A stretch of DNA of 64,000 bases from Camelus ferus (lineage: Eukaryota): contig NC_045697.1 in assembly GCF_009834535.1 (NCBI RefSeq), positions 68,822,001 through 68,886,000 of the forward strand, in the 5' to 3' direction. The number at the start of each line of letters is the position of its first letter. The stretch's first letter is position 1. The position numbers and the translations under genes were made by a program. The notes beneath the pieces were generated by a model, which worked only from the letters and a program-made list of their open reading frames with translations, was not told the origin of the DNA and ran no database searches. Of the stretch, positions 38,400 to 51,254 are shown in pieces.

Positions 38400-39270
38400 T
38401 CACATTCCTGCATTTTAAATAACATTCTCATTGTAAAAAATTGAAAAAGTTAAAAAAGAAACTCCCTCCCATCAACCCGCACAGTCTCACTTGCCAAACA
38501 GTACTCCCGTATTATTCTACAGTTAGTACTTCAACCAGCCTTTATCAACGAACATTTAACTCATTTCTACTCTTGCGCTGTCAAAGACAGTGACAGAATA
38601 AATGCAAATGTGTATATTTTATGCACTTCTATGCAAATGTCAGTAAGATAAATTCCTGAAAATTTGAATTGTAAAGCAAGCGATATTTGTAACTTAACTT
38701 TTGGATGAAATCATCAAGTAGCTTCAGAGAGGTTTTAACAATTTAAACTCTTCCAAAAGAGCATCTATTTCCCCAACCCTTGACAAATAATATTATCTTT
38801 TTTTAAAATCTCCTGAATGAGAAAACATATTTCCTTTTTAAAAAACTAATTTCATAATTTCAAGTGAATATGAGAATGCATCTATTAGTATAGCTCATTT
38901 TCTAATTGAGTTTTTCCATCCTTTTTCTTTCTTATTTTATAAACTCTTTTACATTAAAAAATAGCCATCTTCCATACATGTTTTAAATATTATTCCTAGT
39001 TCATAATTTGTCCTTTGCCTTTGTTTATGGCATTTGTTTTATGGTTTGGAAATTTTCAGAGTTTTCTTTATTGTCAGTAAGGTGCTTCGGAGTAATTGTT
39101 ATTTAGTTTTCCTTTCAGTGAAGTGTTTAACTTTTTGAAATCACATTTATCTGATGTTTCCTTTATAGTTTCCCTGTTTCATGCTTTATTCAAAAAGCCC
39201 TTTGGAATCAAGGATTATTTTTAGTCCAAATCTTTCTATAATTTAATGTTTAAATCTTTAATTAAAAATT
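38400..39270 (-). mobile_element. ancient L1ME fragments
   Basis: aaatattattcctagttcataatttgtcctttgcctttgtttatgg and neighbouring motifs. Confidence 0.55.
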
Positions 39271-39619
39271 TCCTTTATAGGAAACATTACCAACTTATAT
39301 TTCTCTAACTATTTGAAACCTGTCACTCTCAAGTTATATAAGTAACCCACAGAGAATAGGGAAACCAGCCACAGAACATGGCCTTGTAAGAGGACCCATC
39401 ATAAAAGCAAAACATTACAGTCAGGGATAAAGAAAAAGTATTCTGATAGTAGCCCTTAGCACTGTAGTTTTCTAGGAACTCCACAGGTTCAAAGTGCTGA
39501 AAAAATGGGCTGGGGTGGGGGGTCTGGTAAAGGAATGGTGGAAATTTAATCTGGCAGAGTTGCTCTAAATGAATGCCTACTAGTCATTGAAAATTGATTG
39601 ACTATATATATAAATAAAT

Positions 39620-39848
39620 TAGGAGTTTGTAATTACCATAACACACTGCTATATATAAACTAGATAACCAACAAGGACCTACTGTACAGCACAGGGAACT
39701 ATACTCAGTATCTTATAATAACCTATAATGGAAAAGAATCTGAAAAGGATACACACACACACACGTAAAATTGAATCACTTTGCTGTACACCTGAAACTA
39801 ACGCATTGTAAATCAATTATAATTCAATTTAAAAATAAATAAATAAAT
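39620..39848 (+). mobile_element. artiodactyl-type L1 3' UTR fragment
   Basis: caacaaggacctactgtacagcacagggaactatactcagtatctt...gctgtacacctgaaactaac; A-rich tail. Confidence 0.9.
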
Positions 39849-40509
39849 CAACGTGAATGACAGCTGTAGCTTAGATGATTATGATCATTCAATTACATAG
39901 TAAGTAGGGACAAAAGAAAGCCACAAACCCTAAATGCTGATATGTACTGGGTCGAAATTTTGTATCCTTGTTTGAGGAGGTTTAAAATGTATGGCAGCAT
40001 GAGTCTGATACAGCAGGATGATTAGTATGAAAGTCACTGTGTTATTCTCTGTCCTTTTCCCTACGTTTGAAATGTTTCCTAAACCAAAGATTTTAAATGG
40101 TGTACGGAAAAAAAATAACAAGAACTAACATAAATGTATTTCAAGATAAGGGTCCTATAATTGCAAAAACTGGAAAAAAAAAAAACCAATAAAGCCAAAG
40201 GAAAAGAGTAATAAACAATAAATGTATAAATAAAAATTTAGGACTTTCACATGCAAAGATTATTGCAAAAAAAATTTAAAACAAACAACAAATTCCAATT
40301 ATCAATTAACTATTAGTAGTGGTATAGTTGTTGTTAATAGCTTCTTCTCTGTTACACATGAATACCTCCCAGAAAGCAGTGAAAAAAAACACAAATTCTG
40401 CAACAGAAAACGGAAAAGAACATGATTGGCTTTTATTTTCATACAAACAAATAACATTATCCAATAAATAAAAATTAATGAATAATCAAAATAATGGAAA
40501 CTGAGTATT

Positions 40510-41135
40510 TACTGGGCATTGATCCTGAGCTCCCCTCCTCCCAAGAATACACCTAATGTACAGTTTCACAGGAGACAATTCCCTCTGATCCCTCAACTAG
40601 ATCCAGGAACTAGCTGACTAGTTCTTACACATCAGACAAACAAGAAAATGCATCGAAATGATTAAGAAAGGCTGAGACACATTCTCACCATAAACCCCAC
40701 TCCCACCACAGCACCAAACAACTTGGAAAGAACCTCCAATGCCTAGCTTCTCCCCAAGGAGGGAAGGGTTTAGACTCCACAGCCCGCATACCAGATTTTA
40801 AGACTCCAACCAGCAGGAAGGGCTACCAAACACTTAGCTCGGAAACCAGCAGACCTATGTCCACCAGATCCACAAGACTTTAACAAATAAAGAAGCAATT
40901 CTTAACTCCCATGTGAGAACTCGCCACAGCTACTACCCCAGGGCTCAGCCTAGATGGAGCAGTCAAAATCATTCACATCCCACTTTTTCCATCAAACAGG
41001 GTTATCTGCATAATGTAAAAGCTGTTGCCTTAAAGGTCAGGCTTTTAATTTAGCAGACACTAGGGGCTGGCTGTGATTTTCCCCAGAAACTGAGGAAGTC
41101 AGCAGACACCATTTCCACCTTCTCCCTCCCATCTT
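40510..41135 (+). mobile_element. old L1M 5' UTR fragment
   Basis: C-rich segment (aggctgagacacattctcaccataaacccc...cccagggctcagc) resembling L1M2/M3 5' ends. Confidence 0.55.
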
Positions 41136-42327
41136 CTCCAAGTCACCAGTATAAATATATCCTCATGGATAAGAGAGACAAAACACTGTATTACATTCTT
41201 TATTTCATTATATAACACTGAAAGTTGAGGTGAATTTCTTTTATAAATTATTGTTAACATCACTTCAAAATACAAATTATATATTCTGAAACTCTTGGTC
41301 ATTCTATCAGATTTTTTATTATTTAAAATAAAGTACAAATTTTAAAAATCTTTAAGTCTGATTTCAACCAGTATTTGATTAAAACTAATATACTTAAAAC
41401 AATACAATGAATTTGGAGATGAGGTATTCAAAAGATTTCTAAAGCATTCATTTTGGCAAACCAATGTGATTTTTTTTTTCAAAATGAAAGGAAAATGTTC
41501 AATTTTACTCTTGGTATCTCCATTATACCATATTCCTCCTGTCCTTCCTTCCAAAAGTTAGTGAAAACAACTGGCTTTGCCTTTGCCTTTCTCTTTTCCC
41601 AAGGAAAATATTTAATCTAATATTACAAAACATATTGCACTCTGAAAGGCTTTTAGGCCAAATGATTTAATACTATCTAAGATCTACGGAAATTTGATTA
41701 TTTGAAGACAAATAATTTTCTCATACCAATCATTTTTAATGTATGCCATTAAAACCTGGACAATACAAATTAAACTTGATGTATGTACAGTGCCAGTTGA
41801 AAATGCAGGAAAGCTCTAATCAAACAATAGCACAATGTGATATTCTTAAGTATTACCTGAAATGTTGCTGAAAATCTAATAATTAATACACTATATTTTC
41901 TATTCTTGGTTTAGTGAAGATGCTTTATTCTCAGTTTTATTAAGCATAAGTTGTCCCTGTTTTGTTTTTGAAATCAATAAAGACATCTACTTCTCAGTAT
42001 CTGTATTTCATTATCATTTCTGCATTTTCAGAACTCATTTTGTCCAAATGTTGTTACATTAATCAGTGATTACATCATTTAATGATGTTCCTAAGAATAA
42101 AAAAAATACTCATAACTATAGAGTTTTTTATATATGAAGTACAGAAGATAATCGAATTACATTTTAGATGAGCAGGGAAATGTAAGTATGAATCAAAATA
42201 TATGCTGCTTATTCTATCTTTTAAATTTAAAGCATTTATTAATTTGAACAGATGAAATAAAATTATTTCTTAGGGATGTTAAACACATTTAGTATGAAAA
42301 AATAAGGGTCTCACTTTCTGGACTAAT

Positions 42328-42750
42328 GTATCAGATTTCTAATGCTGAGTAACAAATTGCCACAAACCTAGTGACTTAAAACAATGCCTGTTTATTAGCT
42401 CACAGTTCTGTAGGTTAGAAGTCTGGGGCAGGCATGGCTGGGTTCTATTCTCAGGATATCACAGGCCCAAAATCAAGGTGTCTGCCAGGCTGAGTCCCTC
42501 ACCTGAAAGCTCAGGGAAAGATTCCCCCACCAAACTTGACGCTGGTTATTCACAAATTTCAGTTCCTTGCAGCTGGAGGTCTGACATCCCTGCTTCCATG
42601 CTGGCTATTAGCTGGAGGCCTCTCTGCTCCTAGAGACTGCACGTCTTCTTTTTCACATGGCTGTCTCCATTTTCAAAGTAGGAACAACCTATTCAGTCCT
42701 CACAATTCTAACTTCTCTGGCTTCTCCTGCCTCCAACTAAAGAAAGTTCT
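42328..42750 (-). mobile_element. MaLR MLT1 (D/E/F-like) LTR
   Basis: gtaacaaattgccacaaacctagtgacttaaaacaa...tttattagctcacagttctgtaggttagaagtc...aaaatcaaggtgtctgccaggctg. Confidence 0.85.
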
Positions 42751-42754
42751 TGGG

Positions 42755-42890
42755 TATTCATGCTATCATAAAGCTGCTGCATCAACCCTGGGCTGCCAAC
42801 TTTCAGATATCATGCTATGTGATAAAAATAAATTTCTATTTAGTCAACACTGTAATAGGGCTTCTGTTACATGTAGCACAATAATAGCTT
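42755..42890 (+). mobile_element. MLT1 LTR 3' fragment
   Basis: atgtgataaaaataaatttctatttagtcaacactgtaatagggcttctgttacatgtagc. Confidence 0.55.
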
Positions 42891-42894
42891 AAAA

Positions 42895-43240
42895 TGATAG
42901 TTTATGAGAGAATTAGCATACTGTAAGATAGAGCTGAAGAAATCAACCAAAATACTAAAGAGACAATTAGTTGGAAAATGTAATCGAGAGACTAGGAAAA
43001 AAAAAAGACTGAGAATTCCCAGAATACATCTAATAGGAATTTCACAAAGAGTTAATTGAGATAATTTGGAAGAGATAATATATGAAGAGGTCATGGTTGA
43101 CATTTTTCCAATACAAATGAAATGTGAATTCTCAGATTCAGGCAGCTAAATCAAGTTCCAATGAAGATAAGTAAAAAGTAAATACACACCTAGATGCACC
43201 ATAGTGAAACAGTAGAACACCAAGGAAGAGATTATCTAAT
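42895..43240 (+). mobile_element. old L1M ORF1 fragment
   Basis: catctaataggaatttcac...aaatacacacctagatgcaccatagtgaaacagtagaacaccaa. Confidence 0.7.
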
Positions 43241-44779
43241 AGTTATCGATGCTTCTCGTATTGTAAGAGGGATTCAAGTTATCTAATTTTACATTATGCC
43301 AGAACTTTGATATAATTTTCAACATTAATTAATTTTGTGGTTTTGTATCTTGATCGTGTGATTATACGAAAAATGTACCTATAGTCAGCAGATTTTATGC
43401 CAGGAATCAAGGCAATTTGAAGAGCTCATAAGTTATTCTGCTCTATTGTTTGTTGGTGAGTTTAATTGTTAAAAATATTACTAGATCCCTACACTCTCAG
43501 TTTGTAAACAAAATACCTTAATACTATTTCAGAAATTTAATAAGTAGAAAATTAGGATAGCATTAATAAATATATTCTCTATTATTAAACTAGTTGAGAA
43601 TTTTAAAACTAAAATTAATTCTAGAATGCCTTCAGGGTTATTTTTATTTATTAATGGAAAAAATAAAGAGACAGAGGGGCTAAGTTACTTGCTCTAAGTC
43701 AGAACTATACTGAGACTTGTGTGGAGCCCAAGTAGACAAATTATTTAGTGGCTCAAGAAGACAAACATTTTGATGCATTTTTAAACATATAACCTTTTGA
43801 TATTTTAAGACATTTAGATATTTTTAAGCACTTATGATTTTTGAAATATTTGCTTAGAGTTTGAACACAGTATGTGAGATGTATAGAAGAGGTAACCCTT
43901 GATTAGCAGGGTTCGGCCTTCCTTTTTCACCCAGAATGTCTTCTCTGTGGCCCTAAACTTGCACTTAGAGGCCAAATTGCTGTAGTTAACCAATCCCTGC
44001 CACTTTAGAAAGCAATTTTGTCATCATCTATTATTAGAAGGATAACCCTTAGAAGTACTGACCTTCCCTCCAACATCAAAAAGCTAATCAATCAGCACTC
44101 AGTAATTTCCTCAAAGGATTTCAGATAAATATAACTTTAAAATTCTTTTCATATCGAGTAATAGCTTAAGGCCCTGAAATATTTATCTCCAAGTTGTAGG
44201 ATATTTTGTCCACAAATAATATGACTTGGCTTAATATTACTATTTATCAGTAGCAAAGTCAGGACAAGAACACAGGTCTTCTGCTTACATTTCAGTGCTC
44301 TATAAATTACTATCTTGCTCAATAATTTAAAAGTCTGCTCAGGCATTTCTTTCAATGAGCATACGATAATTTCTCCTCATTGTGCTAACTTGTATCATCA
44401 TAGTAATCTGATTTATTAACATCAAATATAAGATCTTCAGTCACATGATCTCTTAAGGTCTTCATGGCACATGCTACAGGATTAAAATGACTTTCCCCAG
44501 AAAATTGACAACTATGTATGTTCTTGATTAATTGTTAATAGCTTAAGAGCTAAGTCAAAAGTAATGAACAGGAAGAAAGAAAACTCTTTTCTATTTATTT
44601 TCAAGCAACTAGGCCCCATATGTATTGAAAGAAGAAAAAGATGAATGTGATCAGTTTAAAGCATTTTAATGTATTCTGAGGTACACTAAACCACCAAGCC
44701 TATCCTCAAAATGAATATGTGCTCAGTCTACACCTCTACAAGCAAAAGAAGAAAAAATAACAGAAATAGTAGCTAATGA

Positions 44780-45609
44780 ATGTCTCCCCAACACACACAG
44801 CCACACCAGAAGAAAACTCTAACACAAAACTCCAAACTCAATTAATTTTCCACAATAAAGCTTCTGAAGATGAAAAAATGAATACAATTTAAAAATTAAA
44901 AACAGAGGTGAACAGAAAATGAAAAAAATAAAAATTGATTTGTCATAAGAAAAAAACTGGGAGGAAAAAACACAACCATCTAAGAAATAAAAATAAGTTA
45001 CAAGGTAAACAGGGAAGAAAAAGTTCACATAAAAATTTGAAAAGAAGTGTTGACTTAAATCAGGAAGTGAACCAAGAATAAAAATATAAGATAAAGGAAG
45101 AAGTGATGAGTCAGAGAAAAAGTGGTTTTAAATCAGAGGCAGAGATATTATACAAAGGCTTATAAAGTGAAAATAAGGAAGCTGTTAACCTTTACAGTGA
45201 TTGGTTATTACAATGAGGGTTTCTGAATGTCAGGATTGGTTAAAAGTGATTATCTCAAACTATTTTTAGGAATATGACAAGTTTTTTTTAATGATTGTTA
45301 GAGGATTTACAAGAAACGGCCTAAGTTAGGTTTCACTTATATTCATGAAATATGGTAGATTTAATTTTGCTTATGTGGCTTAAATGGTTTTATCTGCTCA
45401 GAAAATTCTCAAGTCAGGTCTCCATTTTACATGTAATTTTAACAGAGCAAACTAGTATGTAAAGTAGTAATGAGGAAAATAATGTGGAAGTTAAAGAATC
45501 TATTTAAATTTATATATATATTTAAAGAGACCAATTTATACATAGCAAAACTGAAACTGAACTGTTCAGTTCTGGAAATATGCCAGTAAGTCTACTGGAC
45601 TTTAAATAC

Positions 45610-45646
<37 letters not shown>

Positions 45647-46315
45647 TCAGGACCTCCAAGCAAAGACCAAAATACAAAGGCAATCAAATTCAATGGGGGT
45701 ACAGACCTCTCAAGAATAACATAACAAGCCAAGTAATAACTATTACTTTTAATAAACAGTAAAAATCTGTATCAACCTAGAATAATATATCCAGCCAAGC
45801 TGCCCTTAAAATATCAAGACTATAGGAAAACAACCCCAAACACTCAAGAACTCAGGTAATACTGTAATTATGAAAAATCTACACAAAGATGGGTCTCACC
45901 CAACCAAGATATGACAGGTAAGACTTTAGCAAAATTATTTACAAACACCACTAGCATATGCAATAGTAGATACAAGACTAAAACAAAGTAGAAATAATGC
46001 AATTGAGTAATGGCAAGAGTAGGAAGAGGGATAAAAGAAAATAAAAAAGCCCATTGACTGCTATGCAGGTCACAGATGATAGTCAAAGAATACCATTAAA
46101 AAACAGCAAACCAGATAGTAAAAAGATAAATAAGAAAATGGGACTAATAGAATTTTCAAAAGGTCTAAGTACAAAAGTAACAACTGCAACAAAAATACAA
46201 ATATCCCTAAATAAATAAATTGACATTATGATAGACCAAAAGAAAAAGCAATGTTGAGAAAACACAGTAAACATAATATATACTAACTATAACTAAATAT
46301 TATAAGAGTAGAGAC
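44780..46315 (+). mobile_element. old L1M ORF1/inter-ORF region, interrupted by an LTR; contains an A33 tract (45611-45643)
   Basis: caacctagaataatatatccagccaagctgccctt...aagaactcaggtaatactgta. Confidence 0.65.
45150..45443 (-). mobile_element. ERV1-class (MER4-group-like) LTR fragment
   Basis: Reverse complement begins TGttaaaattacatgtaaaatggagacctgacttgagaattttctgagcagataaaacc, typical of this LTR group. Confidence 0.6.
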
Positions 46316-46317
46316 TA

Positions 46318-46905
46318 CAGGCATTTTATTTCATTTTGTTTTATTATGCTTCACAGATACTGTATTCTTTACAAATTAAAGGTTTGTATCACCCTGCTTT
46401 AAGTAAGTCCATCGAAGCCATTTTAACAACAGAATTTGCTCATTTCATATCTGTGTCATATTTTGTAATTCTCACAATATTTCAAAGTTTTTCATTATCA
46501 TTATATTTCTTACAGTGATTTGTGATCAGTGATGTTTAGTGTAATCGTTTTGGGGCACCATGAATTGCACCAAAATGGGACAGTGAACTTGACTGATAAG
46601 TGTTGTGACGACCAGCTGTTCCTACATCTCTCTCCCTTTCCTTGGGTCTCCTTATTCCCTGAGATACAATATTGAATTCAGATCAATTAATAACTCTACA
46701 ATGACTCTTAAGTTTTCATGTAAAAGGAAGCATTTTAATGTATTCTGAGATATACTAAACCACCAGCAAACTTCACTGTTGTCTTATTTTAAGAAATTGC
46801 TACTGCACCCCAACCTTCAGCAATAACCACCTTGATCAATCAGCAGCCATCAACACTGAGGCAAGACCCTCCACCAGAAAAAAGATGACAACCTGCTGAA
46901 GGATC
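46318..46905 (+). mobile_element. internally deleted Tigger1 (5' end, filler, C-terminal part), 3' TIR missing
   Basis: TA|caggcat... 5' end homologous to 22250-22702 reverse-complemented; 3' part cagcagccatcaacactgaggcaagaccctccaccagaaaaaagat. Confidence 0.9.
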
Positions 46906-47972
46906 GGCAGTCTACCCAGGCAATAGAAATGAAAGCAAAATAAACAAATGGGACCTAATTAAACTTACAAGCTTTTGCACAGCAAAGGAAACCATAAATA
47001 AAATAAAACGACAACCTACGAAGTGGGAGAAAACGTGCAAATGATGCAACTGACAAAGGTTTAATTTCGGGGATATATAAATAGCTCTTACAACTTAATA
47101 ACAAAAAAAAAAAATTTAATCCAAAGATGGTCAAAAGATCTAAACAAGCAATTCTCCAAGGAAGAAATACAAATGGCCGATAGGCACATGAAAAAATGCT
47201 CAATATCACTAATTATCAGAGAAACGCAAATCAAAACTACAATGAGGTATCACCTTACACCAGTCAGAACGGCCATCATTAAAAAGTTCACAAACAATAA
47301 ATGCTGGAAAGGGTGCAGAGAAAAGGGAATCCTCCTACACTACTGGTGGGAATGCAGTTCGGTGCAGCTCTTATGGAGGACAGTATGGAGATTCCTCAAA
47401 AAACTAAAAATAGACTTATATGATTCAGCAATCCCACTCCTGGGTATATACATGAAAGGAACTCTAATTCAAAGATACATGCACTCCAATGTTCATAGCA
47501 GCACTATATACAATAGCCAAGACATGGAAGCAACCTAAATGCCCATCAACAGGTGACTGGATAAAGAAGTGGTATATTTATACAATGGAATACTACTCAG
47601 TCATAAAAATAAAATAATGCCATTTGCAGCAACATGGATGATCTGAAGATCATCATTCTAAGTGAAGTAAGCCAGAAAGAGAAAAAAAGATACCACATGA
47701 TATCACTTATATGTGGAATCTTAAAATAAAAAAAAAAGAAGAAAGAGGACACTAATGAACCTACCTACAAAACAGAAACAGACTCACAGACATAGTAAAC
47801 AATCTTATGGTTATGGGGGAAGGGGATAGGAAAGGATAAATTTGGGAGTTTGGGATTCACAAATGTTAACCATAATATGTAAAAACAGATTAAAAATTTC
47901 TTCCGTATAGCACAGGGAACTATATTCAATATCTTGTAATAACCTTTAATGAAATGGATATGAAAACAAATA

Positions 47973-48054
<82 letters not shown>

Positions 48055-48122
48055 TGACTGGAACATTATGCTGTACACCAGAAACTGACAGTGTAACTGA
48101 CTATACTTCAATTAAAAAAAAA
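46906..48122 (+). mobile_element. young lineage-specific L1, 5'-truncated, complete 3' end
   Basis: ORF 47173-47538 [32 protein letters not shown]...; ends ctgactatacttcaattaaaaaaaaa. Confidence 0.95.
47971..48050. repeat. (TG)n(TA)n microsatellite within an L1 3' UTR
   Basis: Directly visible. Confidence 0.95.
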
Positions 48123-48589
48123 TAACCTTGGGCTCTACTAAGTTCCAAGTGCTTCTGAAAATTTCTATTACTGGAGCATGCCAAGAAAACAGTTAAAAAA
48201 AAGAAAGTAAAAGTATGTTTCCTAAATTATTTTTCTCTGAACATATAATTGAAGTAAAATAATGGATAACCAGAAATGCAGATAATAAAAGCTTAAATAG
48301 TCAACTTCTTTTGCAATGAAGAAATTTATATCATAAACACAATAAAAGCAAATATGAAAAGTAAACTCTGTTATCCCATCAATCAAAATAAAGGGGTCAC
48401 TTTAAAACTGTGAACATGTGAAATGAAAATTAGTTATTTAAAACTCCACTGGAAACACTATGAAACCCATTAGTCCCTGGGGTTACCAATTCATGCAATG
48501 ATCATCTTAATGACTTATTTTTGTTTGTCATTAATGTGGTTTTCTCTTTATTTTTATAACTTATACCAGTCCATCTTATCTCCCTAAGT

Positions 48590-49190
48590 AATTTTTTGCA
48601 ATTTTGCTAATGTATACTTGACATACAATAAACTTCACATAAAGTGTACAATTTACTAAGTTTTGACATGTCAGTCACATGAAATAATCACAACAATCAT
48701 GATAATAAACATTTTTTCATGCCCAAAAGTTTTCTTCCGTTCCTTTGTAAGCCATCCCACTTTCTACCCACATTCACATGTAAACACTGATCTGCTCTCT
48801 GTGACCATACATTTCTAGAATCTTCTATAAATGGAATCATGTATTATGTATTGTTTTGTCTCTATCTTCCTTCACTCCTCATGATTTTAAGATTCACTAC
48901 ATTCTTGTGCGTATCTGTACTTCATTTGTTTGAATTTCTGAGTAGTATTGCATTGTATACATACCCTAGTCTGCTGATTATTCACTAGGCTGATGAACAT
49001 TTGGGTTGTTTCCAGTTTGGGGTTAAGAATAATGGTTTTGGTTAATAACACTCTAATAAATATTTACATACATGCTTCCCATTTCTCTTGAATAAATACC
49101 TAGGAGTAGAACGTCCGGGTCAATGGTGAGTGAATTTTAAACTTTAGGACATTTGAAGGAACCGCCGAACTGCTTTCCATAGTGGCTTTA
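48590..49190 (-). mobile_element. L1MC-type 3' end
   Basis: tgacatacaataaacttcacataaagtgtacaattt...gatgaacatttgggttgtttccagtttgg...taaatacctaggagtagaa. Confidence 0.85.
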
Positions 49191-51163
49191 CATGATTATC
49201 TCTTTACAAACCTATTTATATTACAACTACATTGATCTTGGTATATATTTTTCTTTCAAGGCCAAAGACCTCTAAAAAACTAAGCTACAAAAAAAAAAAG
49301 ATCAGAACCTAATGACTTTTAAGAAAAAAATTAAGATTCCATCATAATATTAATTACAGGTAGAATATACATATAAATGGAAAAAGGAAATGTCCCAGAT
49401 AATATAAAAAACACAAATTATGGTCCTCAGAATTCCTTTTAAAGGCATTAATTCTACTTTTGGATGAAGTTCTTCTAGAGGAAAGATCATATTTATCTTT
49501 ATATTCCCCAATACTATCACAGTGATTGGAACATAGCAAGGTCATAACAGTGTTTAATTAGAATTAGAATCATGAACTTAGATAAGCTAATACACGAGAA
49601 AAGGGGACAGAAATTACAGCATGTGTAAAATATTAAGAACTTATAAGGTAAAATATTTTACGCCACAATTGGCCTCTAATTTATAATTTGTCTTACTGCC
49701 ATTTCCCAGCATCAAGTCTTCAGATCAATATTGTTTTGTCTTTCTTTCACTTCACAGTCTTGTAAGTATACAATAAAATTTTATTAAAATATTTGAGTTG
49801 TAGCATATTAGAAAGACAGTGACAACTGTAAAAAATAAACAACGGCACTTTGAGAAACAACATTATGTACAGGATAAAGAAAGACATTATATAAGAATGA
49901 AAGTAAAAAGTTAACCTCATTAAAAATTTAGCTGATACACAGTTCATCTATTTCACTGTGGCAAGCCATCAAAATAATTATGATTCCATGAATGCAATTT
50001 AATCTCAGGCGAATGCTAAAAGTCTGTTTTCCAATTAGCACATTAGTGGGACTTGTCTAATTAAATCAATTGAATACCAGTAGAAGAAAAGCCCCCTAAG
50101 TGTGCACTATGAGACTCATATGAAGAAACAGATGTAATCATGTATTTACAATGCACATTAGGAAACTAGGCAAATGTTTAATATGTGATTTCCTTTCTTT
50201 GTATACAGCAAATCAAAAGTCTAGGAAAGGTCTTAAACCCTAGTGAAATGCTCAAATGTGCAAATTCAGATTTTAAAAACCTATTCTGTTAATTCTTTTA
50301 TAACATTAAGAATGATGTCTTAAAAACATATTTCTAGAATTGGATGTGGGACCATAAAAATGAGTAAATTAATTTTCTAAATATAAACGCCATATTAGAA
50401 GGTAATTAGAAAGTCCTCAGAGATACTTATCACTAAATTACATGCTGCTTCCTTTGTTTTCTACTGTGTAGAGAACTGCTTTCCTTTCCTTTGAACATCT
50501 TTTCCATACTAATCATTACATACATTTAAAAGTTAAGGATATCTTACTATATGGAAGTTTTAAAAAATGTCTTTAAAAAAGTCTTGTAAGTTTTTTAAGG
50601 GATGATAAAACTATTAGTAGAATGCATAAAATCTCATTTTTCCATTTAACTATTATCATTACTTAATATTTCATAAAAGTTTGCATTTTCTATAGATAAA
50701 AATTAGGATTGTATTTTCTTTCTTCAAAGGGACTCATATTCTCTTAGTATGGGGAAAAAGAGACAAGAAAGAAGTTTAGACTGGGACACAGCAGCATTTG
50801 AATAAACTGCATTTTATATTAATGGCATCAGATTCATGAGAGCTTCTATTTCTGCGGATACAGTGAAAAAGAGAAGAAGTGAAAAAGCAGAGACAGCAAA
50901 AAAGCAACTAGTAAAGACAGACAAAGTATGCCCAAATAGGAAATAGCACAGATAAACGATCACTGTCATGAACTAGCAAAAATAAGAAGGTCCATTTCAC
51001 TTGGAAGCAGCATAGTATAAAAAAATAAAGCCTTGAGAAGAGAATCAGGACTCCAAATTTCTTATTCAGGGTCTATTACAATGTAACTGGAGCACTAGGG
51101 AAGCCCCAGAGTCACATACTCCTCTGGAAAAAATAACCTTGGTGGTTAAGAAATTATGTCCCT

Positions 51164-51254
51164 ATTGGTATGTATATGTATGATTGAACTATTATGCTGT
51201 ACACCAGAAATTGACACAATATTGTAAACTGACTATACTTCAATATTTAAAGAA
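51164..51254 (+). mobile_element. 91-bp L1 3' tip with 16-bp TSD
   Basis: tatgctgtacaccagaaattgacac...gactatacttcaat; TSD aagaaattatgtccct (51148-51163) / aagaagttatgttcct (51255-51270). Confidence 0.9.

Noticed and set aside
45611..45643. Long poly(A) tracts (also 33485-33513 and 937-969) as retrocopy tails
   Set aside because: No adjacent mRNA-like body or TSD; two of them lie inside old L1/L2 sequence and look like expanded A-runs.
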